Below, piece by piece: positions 9,628 through 18,360 of a stretch of DNA of 50,065 nt. Origin of the DNA: Flavobacteriales bacterium (lineage in GTDB: Bacteria > Bacteroidota > Bacteroidia > Flavobacteriales_D > UBA2798); the NCBI GenBank assembly GCA_046289975.1, contig JBKBUQ010000003.1, positions 1,252 to 51,316 on the forward strand, in the 5' to 3' direction. Numbering within the stretch: the stretch's first letter is position 1; every line of letters starts with the position of its first letter. A program made the translations under genes and the position numbers. The notes beneath the pieces are model-generated. The model made no database searches and was not told the DNA's origin. It worked only from the letters and a program-made list of their open reading frames with translations.

Positions 9628-10131
9628 TCAAAACCCCTCCGACCTAAATTCAGGGAGGATGTTCTTTCTTTTTATCCTGTCCCCCAAACTAGTATAGTAC
9701 AAATAAAACGCTGCAAGCTGGTTATGGATATTAAGGTGTAATTTTAATTCGACAAACTTTGCCAAGGGCGACCGCACCTTTAGGCTATAGCGCAAAACCT
9801 TAATTTTTCCATTGTCCTTCACCTGAAAAAGACTGTAGGAGATTACTTGTTCGAGCAGTGTATTAATAGCATCATAACTTTCGGCATACATGCCTCTGTT
9901 AGAAACAATACTTCCGTGTACCCTCGGAGTAAGGTAATACTTATCCAAAAGATAATCCGCCCCCTCTTCCTTTGTAAACGAAACGGTAATATCCCGTGCT
10001 ATTTGCGACCCGGTTGCACGAACACGCTCAGGTACTTTATCTAATGGAACCTCTCTAAATTCTCTTGTGCTGCAAGAAATCAAACAAGCAATTACAATTA
10101 CTATAAAACGAAAGCTAAGAATTCTATTCAT
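9628..10131 (-). CDS. Putative lipoprotein, unknown function
   Basis: The internal ATG at 10131 gives MNRILSFRFIVIVIACLISCSTRE, a lipoprotein-type signal with Cys. The longer ORF-track start would overlap the upstream gene. Confidence 0.65.
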   Translation of the reverse strand: MNRILSFRFIVIVIACLISCSTREFREVPLDKVPERVRATGSQIARDITVSFTKEEGADYLLDKYYLTPRVHGSIVSNRGMYAESYDAINTLLEQVISYSLFQVKDNGKIKVLRYSLKVRSPLAKFVELKLHLNIHNQLAAFYLYYTSLGDRIKRKNILPEFRSEGF

Positions 10132-10147
10132 AAAATCGCAGTGATGT

Positions 10148-10486
10148 TTAATCTTCTCTGAAATCCTTCGGAATGTTTTTCTTACGGGTATTTTCACCTG
10201 CTTGTATCTCTAACCAAAACGAAGCAGCCAATAAAATAATTCCGAGAACCAATTGTCCCCAAACCAAAATGGCATTTATTCCATCAGCCAGCCCCAAAGT
10301 TAAAGCAAACGTGACAATGCAAAAAAGTCCTAATCGCATTAAAACAACCCCTAAGTGAATTGATTTGGAATTCCACCTCAAATGACTAAACAAAAAAGGT
10401 TTCTTTTGATTAGGATCATCTTCCCTCAAAACTTTTCGCTGCTCATAACTTCCCAATGAGCCTTGTTTAAATTTCGAATTTCTCAT
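10148..10486 (-). CDS. Small membrane protein with two predicted TM helices, unknown function
   Basis: Two hydrophobic helices, GVVLMRLGLFCIVTFALTLGLA and ILVWGQLVLGIILLAASFWL, flanked by charged N- and C-termini. Confidence 0.6.
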   Translation of the reverse strand: MRNSKFKQGSLGSYEQRKVLREDDPNQKKPFLFSHLRWNSKSIHLGVVLMRLGLFCIVTFALTLGLADGINAILVWGQLVLGIILLAASFWLEIQAGENTRKKNIPKDFRED

Positions 10487-10566
10487 GAGCCAAATATTGG
10501 CTGATTATTCGAATTAATACATTCATTTCTGCTTAAAATTCGGCGGAAATTAAAATTCTAAGTCGT

Positions 10567-10710
10567 CAAAAACCAGCACCGAACTGTTCAGTACACATAA
10601 AACTTGGTAGTATTTTACTTGATTATTTCGCTTCCCCAAAAGAACTTCGCCACCCCGGCCATCGCGAGCTGCCAGACCTCCGGGATTTTTAAAATCCCGG
10701 AGGTCTACGG
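10567..10710 (+). repeat. Copy 1 of a ~130-140-nt intergenic element ending in a perfect 33-nt palindrome/hairpin (10674-10706)
   Basis: Shares CCGAACTGTTCAGT, TATTTnACTTGATTATnTCnCTTCCC..AAGAACTTnGC and AGACCTCCGGGATTTT/AAAATCCCGGAGGTCT with the element at 21958-22083, in the same orientation. Confidence 0.8.
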
Positions 10711-10766
10711 GAATAAGGGTTGGCGAATTGTCTGTTTTTTACAAGTAGCTTAGATTGCTTAATTCG

Positions 10767-10774
10767 TATCTTTG
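10767..10774 (+). promoter_or_regulatory. Bacteroidota -7 promoter box TATCTTTG for the LRR gene
   Basis: Matches the TAnnTTTG consensus and ends 22 nt upstream of ATG 10797. Confidence 0.45.
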
Positions 10775-10796
10775 GTTTATCACCAATTATAAAAAC

Positions 10797-12428
10797 ATGA
10801 AAAAATCTCTATTCTTCACTGTGTTTACCCTCTCATTCATGGGTTTAGTAAATGCACAAAATGTAAACATCCCCGATCCTGCTTTTAAAGCTTACTTGCT
10901 GGGTGAGGCAGCAATTAACACCAATTCCGATGGAGAAATTCAGGTATCCGAGGCTGCTGCTTTCACAGGTGCGCTTTACGTTCCCAATAGCCCTAGCGTA
11001 GCTTCCCTTGCCGGGGTCGAAGCATTTACTGCAATAACAGGTTTAAATTGCTCCAATAACCCGATCACAAGTCTCGATCTTAGTCAGAATACTGCTCTTA
11101 CCTTTTTAGGTTGTGCAGGTACGCAGATCAGCAGCCTGGATCTAACCGCTAACCTGGCGCTTTTCAATGTCAACTTTTCGGATATTCCTACTTTAACTTC
11201 GATCAATATTGCCAATGGAAACAACACCATTTTTACCTCTTTCTTTGCGATTAATGTTCCCAACTTAACCTGCATTCAGGTAGACGACGCTGCCTATAGC
11301 ACGACCAACTGGGTCGGTATGAATTTTCAATTCGATGCGCAGATTAGCTTCAGCGAAGCTTGCAACGCTTGTTTTGTAAATATACCGGATGTAGTATTCA
11401 AAAATTATCTGATTTCAAATACAAGCATCAATACCAATAACAACAGCGAAATTGAGTGTTCAGAAGCAAGTGCCTACACCGGCTCCATCTCCTGCGGAAA
11501 CCTCTCCATTGCCGACCTTACCGGGATAGAAGCTTTTACCGCGCTTACAGCACTGTATTGCCAGAACAGCCAGCTTTCCACCCTTGATTTAAGCGCCAAC
11601 ACGGCATTGGAGGAATTGAATTGCGCCTATAACCAGCTCAGTTCATTAAATCTCAGCACAAACACCGCCCTGACTTACCTCGCATGTGTAAACAACCAGA
11701 TCACCGCGCTGGACCTGAGTCAAAATACAGCGTTGATTTACCTGGAGTGCGATAACAATGATTTGACCACTCTAAACCTAAGCGCCAATACTGCCCTTGA
11801 GGAAATTACTTGTTCTGAAAACACATTGACTTCTTTGAATGTAAACAATATAAGTGGCCTGACTTACATCGATTGCAGCAGAAACAACCTGACATCCCTA
11901 AATCTGAACGACAATCCCCTACTGACTGAAATCATTTGCGAATTCAATGCCATAACCGAGTTGCACCTGAGCATCCACACTCAACTGGAATATTTAATTG
12001 CACGCGACAATCAGTTAATGATCCTGGACATTACCAATGGAAACAACACCGCCATCATCGATTTCGATACACGAAACAACCCCAATCTCGGATGTATACA
12101 GGTTGACGATGCGGCATACAGTACGGCCAACTGGACCGATATCGATCCGGTTTCCGTGTTCAGTGAAAATTGCCAGATAGGGCTTGATGAGAATCAGGGA
12201 ACTTCTGATTTAATCAATACATCCATTTTCCCCAACCCCACCAATGGTCTTTTGCATTTAACAGCTTCGAGCAACATTGCGCTGACCACCATAACCGGAC
12301 AGGTAGTTGCAGATGCTAAAAACGTCCTCTCACTGGATATAAGTGGAGTAGCGCCGGGAGTTTACATCGCTACTCTTACTGACGAAAACGGCAAGGTTAA
12401 GAGCAGGATTAAAATCATCAAAGAATAA
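10797..12428 (+). CDS. Leucine-rich-repeat (BspA-like) surface protein with type A T9SS C-terminal sorting domain
   Basis: Signal peptide MKKSLFFTVFTLSFMGLVNAQ. About 22-residue LRRs are present (LDLSxNTALxxLxCxxNQLTxL). An internal duplication repeats NIPDxxFKxYL...CIQVDDAAYSTxNW. The C-terminus is SIFPNPTNGLLHLTAS...GVYIATLTDENGKVKSRIKIIKE. Confidence 0.85.
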   Translation: MKKSLFFTVFTLSFMGLVNAQNVNIPDPAFKAYLLGEAAINTNSDGEIQVSEAAAFTGALYVPNSPSVASLAGVEAFTAITGLNCSNNPITSLDLSQNTALTFLGCAGTQISSLDLTANLALFNVNFSDIPTLTSINIANGNNTIFTSFFAINVPNLTCIQVDDAAYSTTNWVGMNFQFDAQISFSEACNACFVNIPDVVFKNYLISNTSINTNNNSEIECSEASAYTGSISCGNLSIADLTGIEAFTALTALYCQNSQLSTLDLSANTALEELNCAYNQLSSLNLSTNTALTYLACVNNQITALDLSQNTALIYLECDNNDLTTLNLSANTALEEITCSENTLTSLNVNNISGLTYIDCSRNNLTSLNLNDNPLLTEIICEFNAITELHLSIHTQLEYLIARDNQLMILDITNGNNTAIIDFDTRNNPNLGCIQVDDAAYSTANWTDIDPVSVFSENCQIGLDENQGTSDLINTSIFPNPTNGLLHLTASSNIALTTITGQVVADAKNVLSLDISGVAPGVYIATLTDENGKVKSRIKIIKE

Positions 12429-12450
12429 GTCATACCATCCTATTATAAGA

Positions 12451-12486
12451 AAACCCTCCCGGAGATTCAGGAGGGTTTTCTATTTT
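12451..12486. terminator. Hairpin terminator between convergent genes (possibly bidirectional)
   Basis: AAACCCTCC (12451-12459) pairs perfectly with GGAGGGTTT (12470-12478) across a 10-nt loop. It is followed by TTCTATTTT and preceded by an A-rich tract. Confidence 0.6.
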
Positions 12487-12584
12487 AGGTTATGTGGTTT
12501 TACATACTGCTTTACATCCTAAGGGTAGGGAAGATCCAAATTGAAAGCAGCAGCGGTGAGTTGCGTGCGTACTGAAACTTCGGA

Positions 12585-13667
12585 TTACAGTCTGCGTAAC
12601 AGAACAGAGGGAATATCTAGGCGGTGTTCGGCGGTATTGTAATAATCCTTAAAACGGATAGAGATCACCATGTTACTGCCCTCGAATACCTGATGTTGAC
12701 TACTCTTTTCCCAGTTCCTCACGATCACCTTTTTGGAGGCCAGATCAAAAACCATTAGCTCACTCAGCTTCCTTCTGTCGCCTTGCTGGATAAAAGTGCC
12801 TATAGCTCTGTTGTTGGTATAATCAACGCTCGTTATCTCGAGATTCTTTTGGGTATGGACAAGCGCCCAGTTGCTTTTACTATAAAAATAGGAACCGGAA
12901 TGACCGGAAAGAACAAGAAGATTGTTCCACTCATAAAAGCGAGCGGGTTGATCGTTCATTGGAATCCGCTTGATCAACTTGCCTGTTTCCAGGTTGTACA
13001 CATCCAGTCCGCCACCGTAACTGGAGCTACCGTAGCCTACAAACAGGGTTTTAGAGTCAGAAGAAAAAGAACATTCCAAAGGAATCAATGCTCCTTTACC
13101 CACGAATAGTTTGTGCTGAATTTTTTGTTCAGTCAGCGAATAATTCACCGCTGTGTAATCGAAGGAAGTGTTATCCATGAGAATGGCCGCCACACGATTC
13201 GAATCCGGGGAATTGAAGTAGAATTTCTGCAGTCTGTACTCCTTTGACGGGTCAACGACATGATGCCATTTATCCCTTTCGATATCGTAAAAAATAAATA
13301 CGGTATTGATTTCATTTCGGAGATTATCTACTTCCTCAAATCCTGAACCGGAAAAACCGATCAGTGTACGGGAAGCATTCAAACATGGGAAACCCACACT
13401 AGCATTGTTTCCTCTAAACTTTTTGCCGGCGTACTCAAAACCATCGCGATATATCTCACCAAATTTTCTCTCCTTCAGGATCTTTGAAGATTTTACATCC
13501 CAAACGATAACGTGGCTTCCGTTGATTCCAATAATAGTTGTGGAATCCTTCCCGAAGGAAATAAATCCGGGGGCGTCCTTAAATCCGAAATAATCCGACG
13601 ACTGAGCGTTCGCCTTGCCTGTAAGGGCGGCAAAAACCAGTACGCAAAATAATAATGACTTATTCAT
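12585..13667 (-). CDS. Secreted beta-propeller/WD40-like repeat protein, unknown function
   Basis: ATG 13667 gives MNKSLLFCVLVFAALTGKANAQ. Repeated strand-rich blocks are present, for example GINGSHVIVWDVKSSKIL. The start lies 1 nt after the stop of the upstream gene. Confidence 0.65.
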   Translation of the reverse strand: MNKSLLFCVLVFAALTGKANAQSSDYFGFKDAPGFISFGKDSTTIIGINGSHVIVWDVKSSKILKERKFGEIYRDGFEYAGKKFRGNNASVGFPCLNASRTLIGFSGSGFEEVDNLRNEINTVFIFYDIERDKWHHVVDPSKEYRLQKFYFNSPDSNRVAAILMDNTSFDYTAVNYSLTEQKIQHKLFVGKGALIPLECSFSSDSKTLFVGYGSSSYGGGLDVYNLETGKLIKRIPMNDQPARFYEWNNLLVLSGHSGSYFYSKSNWALVHTQKNLEITSVDYTNNRAIGTFIQQGDRRKLSELMVFDLASKKVIVRNWEKSSQHQVFEGSNMVISIRFKDYYNTAEHRLDIPSVLLRRL

Positions 13668-13668
13668 T

Positions 13669-14292
13669 TTATCTCTTTCTGTCCTTTTCAATATCAAAGT
13701 GAATCATTCCTGAAATGAGGAAAATGATGTCCTCATTGGTCAGTTCATCCATGCTCACAAACTGCAATCCGTATTTATCTCCTCCACCCTTAAACATGTT
13801 TCTGAATCCGTCGCTAAGTGAATTTTCATTAACAGAAAGAGCAATACGCATTCCATTGCGAGCAAAAGTAAAGTCCTTTTTCATATAGGTTTCCCGTTCT
13901 TCATAACCTACCTCGTACAATTTCTCTTTATTCATATTCTCGATATCGAACATCCCATTCGTTCCAAATTTCCAACGAATACGGCCCAGCGGATTGCCAT
14001 TGGCATCACTGATCAGACTGCCCTTCATGGCAATTTCATCCAACGCCGATTGAACGCCAAAATAAAAGCGCACCATACCGTTTCTGTCGGTAGCCGTAAG
14101 CTTGATTCGCCCCAAACTTTTTCCACCCCCAATAATCCGAAGAATATTCTTCATGACACTTTTTTTCTCCTCAATGGTTAAGATTGGATGCTCATCTCCC
14201 TCTAAAAATACCTGATAGGATCGATTTTGACTTAAGCCACGCGTTGCTTCGGTGATCAAAATTCTTTCTTTGCCTTGCAATAAGTTTTTCAT
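13669..14292 (-). CDS. Cytoplasmic protein, tentatively scramblase/LURP-one-like (tubby C-terminal-like fold)
   Basis: 207 aa with no signal peptide. The pattern of short beta-strands ending in a hydrophobic C-terminal helix (IIFLISGMIHF) resembles the DUF567/scramblase family. This is recognition by eye only. Confidence 0.5.
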   Translation of the reverse strand: MKNLLQGKERILITEATRGLSQNRSYQVFLEGDEHPILTIEEKKSVMKNILRIIGGGKSLGRIKLTATDRNGMVRFYFGVQSALDEIAMKGSLISDANGNPLGRIRWKFGTNGMFDIENMNKEKLYEVGYEERETYMKKDFTFARNGMRIALSVNENSLSDGFRNMFKGGGDKYGLQFVSMDELTNEDIIFLISGMIHFDIEKDRKR

Positions 14293-14441
14293 AGGTTGGG
14301 ATCTTTAATTTCTTGTTTATTATAGAGATTGAGTGAATTGGGAACAGCATTTCAGCAAACATTTTAGACGAAATAACTGCATCAGAAATCCACGCCTAAA
14401 CCTATCCTTTACCGTACTTGCTTTAAATGGTCGTTTTGATT

Positions 14442-16400
14442 TTACTTCAGCTTAACATTTTGCAATTTTCCACCTGCCGCTTTTTTATTGGGATTTGGAT
14501 CCTCCTTGAGTTTTGCAGCGCCTACAGTACCGGTCTTGTTCTCTTCATACAATCTTACCTTACACCTCCCATCGGCTTCCACATCTTCAATTATCCCTTT
14601 ATCCCATATAGAGCCACTGGTGTTAACAAGAACATAATCGCCTTTCTTATACTTTACATCCTTCGCCTCCGGTGCTACTTCGATCTTTGCAGTAGATACC
14701 AAGCCATTCATGAACTCATCATTCGCCGACGACCAATCGATCCCGCTGATCACGAGTTCATACAATACCTTGCCTTGCATCACAGACCTGTACCAGGTAG
14801 GTTTAGCTGCAACATTGGACCCGCTGGGCTTGGCATTAAAGCGTGCTTCTGCCCCTTCAATCCCGTTGAGTGTCCAGGTGGATAATTCTTCGTTGTAGGT
14901 GGCGTAATTTAACATCCAGCTTTTGCGGTTTTGCTCGGCAGTTGCTTTCATCTGACCGGCACTCAAATTCCCTTTCACTGATTTATAGTTGTAAGCAATC
15001 AATACATACTCTGCCCCATTTACCGTAACAGAATACATAATCTTACGATCGCCCGTTGATATATCCCAGTCTTTGGTTGAAGAACCCTTGGGCATCAATG
15101 CAGTGAATCCAAACTCATCGTTTTTGATCGTTTCAAGGCTAAGGGCATCCGGACATTCTACACTTTCAAATTTATCAGCCGATGGAAGATTTACAGAAAA
15201 CTGCGACAATCTCCAAACTCCGCCATCGTTTGTCCACTCAATAGTTGTAGTATGAAGGCCATTCTTGCTTTTAAACGTATAGCGATTTTTATCAGGAACA
15301 GCCTCTACCAATGTAGTACAGTAAACAGTTCGGAAATTATTTCTTTCATTGCCAAAAACCGATTCGATGATCTTATCTACAAACTCCTGACCGGTATGCG
15401 TAAGGAGATATTGACTGTTGTCGAAAAAATACTTTTTGTCCATGTTGTTTAAAACAAAAGATTTAAGTTGATCTTTTGAGGCAGTAAAGGCCAGGTCTCG
15501 TACGAAAAAGACAAATTCTTTTGGCGCATTAAATTTTGGAACGTTAACCTTCGGCAACTGATCCCATTCTTCTTTTGCCTTTTTTTCTGCCAATTCGCGT
15601 CCAATGGAATTTCTTCTGAACTCCTTTATTTCATCGCTTTTGTATTGTTTTTCGTCAATTTTTATGGTCTTCCATTCAATTGGAGCACTACCTTGTTTTT
15701 TAGCTGTTGGGACGTAATAGAATGGTTTGGTACAATCGTCTCTCTTGAAATTAAAAGAGGCGATCTCATATCCTGTTCCCATTGTCAGGTTTCCAAAGAT
15801 CTTTTTCACCTTAACATATACAGGAATGTGAAGATGGTTTTCTGAATACACCTCCGCGTTTTCAAAATTGTGAAACAATGTTCCAACTCCGTAAGCCGTG
15901 GTTCCTGCTGTAACCGATTGTTCCCATTCTTTATCGGTAGGTTTCAGCACTCCAACTTCGAGAACCTCAATAATATCATTTAGGCGAGATGAAGAAAACT
16001 CTTCCAAAAGATTAAACTTCCCTTCCTTATACGCATTACTAATCGCATTGCTCAGCTGAGCCCAGTCCGGATCCTTGATCGAGGTAAAATAATGCCCCCA
16101 TGAAATCGGACTGAATTTTACATCTCCATTCGACCAAATATCCACGGCAAAAAAAACCTGCAGTTTGGCTCCTGTATTACACTTAAAATTTAGCGGAAAG
16201 CTATTCTCACCTATATAATAATAGGAGGTATACGATCTTAACCCCTCGTACCTCAAAAGTTTTGTATCGAACCTGAAGTTTTTATACTTACTTCCAAAAC
16301 TCTTTTCTATTTCTGACTTTGCTTTTGCCTCGTGCTGAGCCTGGAGTTCAGGCACAAAAAAGAAAAACAGAATTGACGCTAACATGGAAAACCTTTTCAT
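14442..16400 (-). CDS. Secreted protein of unknown function with a C-terminal SH3/Tudor-like module
   Basis: ATG 16400 gives MKRFSMLASILFFFFVPELQAQ. The C-terminus is KKGDYVLVNTSGSIWDKGIIEDVEADGRCKVRLYEENKTGTVGAAKL, followed by a Lys-rich tail. Confidence 0.7.
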   Translation of the reverse strand: MKRFSMLASILFFFFVPELQAQHEAKAKSEIEKSFGSKYKNFRFDTKLLRYEGLRSYTSYYYIGENSFPLNFKCNTGAKLQVFFAVDIWSNGDVKFSPISWGHYFTSIKDPDWAQLSNAISNAYKEGKFNLLEEFSSSRLNDIIEVLEVGVLKPTDKEWEQSVTAGTTAYGVGTLFHNFENAEVYSENHLHIPVYVKVKKIFGNLTMGTGYEIASFNFKRDDCTKPFYYVPTAKKQGSAPIEWKTIKIDEKQYKSDEIKEFRRNSIGRELAEKKAKEEWDQLPKVNVPKFNAPKEFVFFVRDLAFTASKDQLKSFVLNNMDKKYFFDNSQYLLTHTGQEFVDKIIESVFGNERNNFRTVYCTTLVEAVPDKNRYTFKSKNGLHTTTIEWTNDGGVWRLSQFSVNLPSADKFESVECPDALSLETIKNDEFGFTALMPKGSSTKDWDISTGDRKIMYSVTVNGAEYVLIAYNYKSVKGNLSAGQMKATAEQNRKSWMLNYATYNEELSTWTLNGIEGAEARFNAKPSGSNVAAKPTWYRSVMQGKVLYELVISGIDWSSANDEFMNGLVSTAKIEVAPEAKDVKYKKGDYVLVNTSGSIWDKGIIEDVEADGRCKVRLYEENKTGTVGAAKLKEDPNPNKKAAGGKLQNVKLK

Positions 16401-16564
16401 ACCTATGCTTTTTGTTCTATTCAAAAATAGAATAAGGAGAATACCTAAAAACTCAAATCAGGTGAACGCCAGAAATAGCGGGGTAAACGACATAAAAACA
16501 CTTAACACGCTGATTAAATACTGATTTTAAAGGATTTGCAGCCATCAAATCAGAATTCCGATAT

Positions 16565-18352
16565 TCAGCTGACCGGGAACGAAAGCGTAATTAATAAGCC
16601 TTGAGTCGTGTTCTCATATACGATTTCTCCGCCCAGTTTATTGGTCATAAGCTCGATCAGCTCCATGCCGAAATTTCGTAAATCGCCATTCAAAACCCCG
16701 GGACCTTTGTCTTTAAATCTTAATCTGTAAAAATTACCCTGAATCTGGAATTCTCCTTCTACAGAAAGTTCCAGTACTTCGTCTTTTAATCCGTATTTAC
16801 AGGCATTCGAAACGATTTCGTTTGTAATAAGCCCAAGGGTTAAAAGCTTATCGATCGCCAATTGCTGCGGATTGATTTCAATCTTAATGTATTCTTCGGT
16901 TTGGGGATGTCCGAATGATTTTACCACAGAAATAATGATCTCCCTTAAGTACTCATCAATGGAAATATCCAACATCTCCTTTTGCTGGTAAAGGTTCTCA
17001 TGAACAAATGTCATTGAGTGAAGTCGGTTCACAATATCCTGAATAACCTGCCGAATATTTTCGTCGTTCGTTCGTCGCTGATGAAGCCCAAGTAAGCTTT
17101 TTATGGATTGTATGTTGTTCTTAACCCGGTGATGGATCTCGCGTATGAGCAATTCCCTTTCACGAAATGCTTTCTCAATAATTTCGTTTTTTGATTTAAT
17201 GATCCGGTTCGACCTCCGAATATATAAATACAGGAACAAAAGTATCGCAATTACCAAAGTCAGAAAAATTATTCCGAAATATAACATCTGGAATTTCGAT
17301 TTATTCCTAATCAGAATTGACTCCTGCTCCAGCAATTGTGCCCGACTTTTGGCCACTTCGTATTTCGTCTCCAGTTCGTTGATCTGGTTGTTTAGTTTTT
17401 CGTTATAAATACTATCTCTGATGGCTGACATAGAATCTTTATAATCCAAAGCATTCTGAATGTTACCATAGATCAATTCATACTCATAAAAACCCTCAAA
17501 TATTTTCAACTGTGCATCAATGAATCTTCCTCTTCGCGCTATCTCACCTGCTTCAACAAGCAAAAGTTTAGCTTTGCCAAGTTCATTCTGATACATGGCA
17601 ATTTTTGCACGATTATCAAGACTAATAGCTAATGCGCGCCGATTGTCGATTTCGCGATTAACGCGAATAGCCTTGTCGAAATAATACCTGGCAGTGTCGA
17701 GCGATTTGGACTCAAAATACAAAGACCCCAAATTGGCGTTGATATAGGCGTCCTGATGTGGGTTTCGATTGATTTGATTGATCCCTTCAGCCTTGTTCAA
17801 AAAATAGATGGCGCTGTCTTTACGATTTAAATTTTTATAAATAACCGCTATGTCAATATAACTGCCCACCATTCCCTCGTAATTCGAAGTTCTTTGTTCT
17901 ATGTCAAGTGAGCGGTTAAAATAGGCGAGCGATTTTCCATACATTCCCTGTGAATAAAAAAGAGCTCCGATGTTGGTGTATGTACTTGCAATTCCGGCGC
18001 TGTCTTTTAGTTGTATCTTTAATTCGAGTGAGCGTTGATAATAAAACAATGCTTTTGACCGATTACCTTTAATATCATTAATGATCCCATGCATACCCAA
18101 ATTAAATGCGAGTAACGGCTTATGCATTTCTAAGTCATTTTTGATCAAATCAAATGCCTTGTTCGTAAAATATTCGGCGCTATCGAGGTTAGAGTAACAG
18201 TATTCCCAGGCCAATTCGTGCAAAACCGCAATTTTTCGATCGGTATCGGTACTAGAGTGAAGTGCGCGAAATAAAGAGTCCACTCCCGGGCTTGAATTTA
18301 CCAATAGGGTGGCATGCATAAAATAGGTTGCTATGAAAAATCTCTTAAGCAT
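16565..18352 (-). CDS. Sensor histidine kinase: N-terminal TPR repeats, one TM helix, HisKA_2-type H-box, HATPase domain
   Basis: TPR-like repeats with (A/S)xxYxxxG..Y...G.Y..(A/S)L.Y. TM helix FQMLYFGIIFLTLVIAILLFLYLYI. H-box REIHHRVKNNIQSIKSLLGL. C-terminal ATPase motifs. The start lies 8 nt after the response regulator stop. Confidence 0.85.
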   Translation of the reverse strand: MLKRFFIATYFMHATLLVNSSPGVDSLFRALHSSTDTDRKIAVLHELAWEYCYSNLDSAEYFTNKAFDLIKNDLEMHKPLLAFNLGMHGIINDIKGNRSKALFYYQRSLELKIQLKDSAGIASTYTNIGALFYSQGMYGKSLAYFNRSLDIEQRTSNYEGMVGSYIDIAVIYKNLNRKDSAIYFLNKAEGINQINRNPHQDAYINANLGSLYFESKSLDTARYYFDKAIRVNREIDNRRALAISLDNRAKIAMYQNELGKAKLLLVEAGEIARRGRFIDAQLKIFEGFYEYELIYGNIQNALDYKDSMSAIRDSIYNEKLNNQINELETKYEVAKSRAQLLEQESILIRNKSKFQMLYFGIIFLTLVIAILLFLYLYIRRSNRIIKSKNEIIEKAFRERELLIREIHHRVKNNIQSIKSLLGLHQRRTNDENIRQVIQDIVNRLHSMTFVHENLYQQKEMLDISIDEYLREIIISVVKSFGHPQTEEYIKIEINPQQLAIDKLLTLGLITNEIVSNACKYGLKDEVLELSVEGEFQIQGNFYRLRFKDKGPGVLNGDLRNFGMELIELMTNKLGGEIVYENTTQGLLITLSFPVS

Positions 18353-18360
18353 AGCCTACC

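Noticed and set aside
14427-14885. 152-aa plus-strand ORF
   Set aside because: It lies entirely antisense to the 3' part of the well-supported 652-aa secreted-protein gene. Its composition is hydrophobic low-complexity, as is typical of antisense frames.
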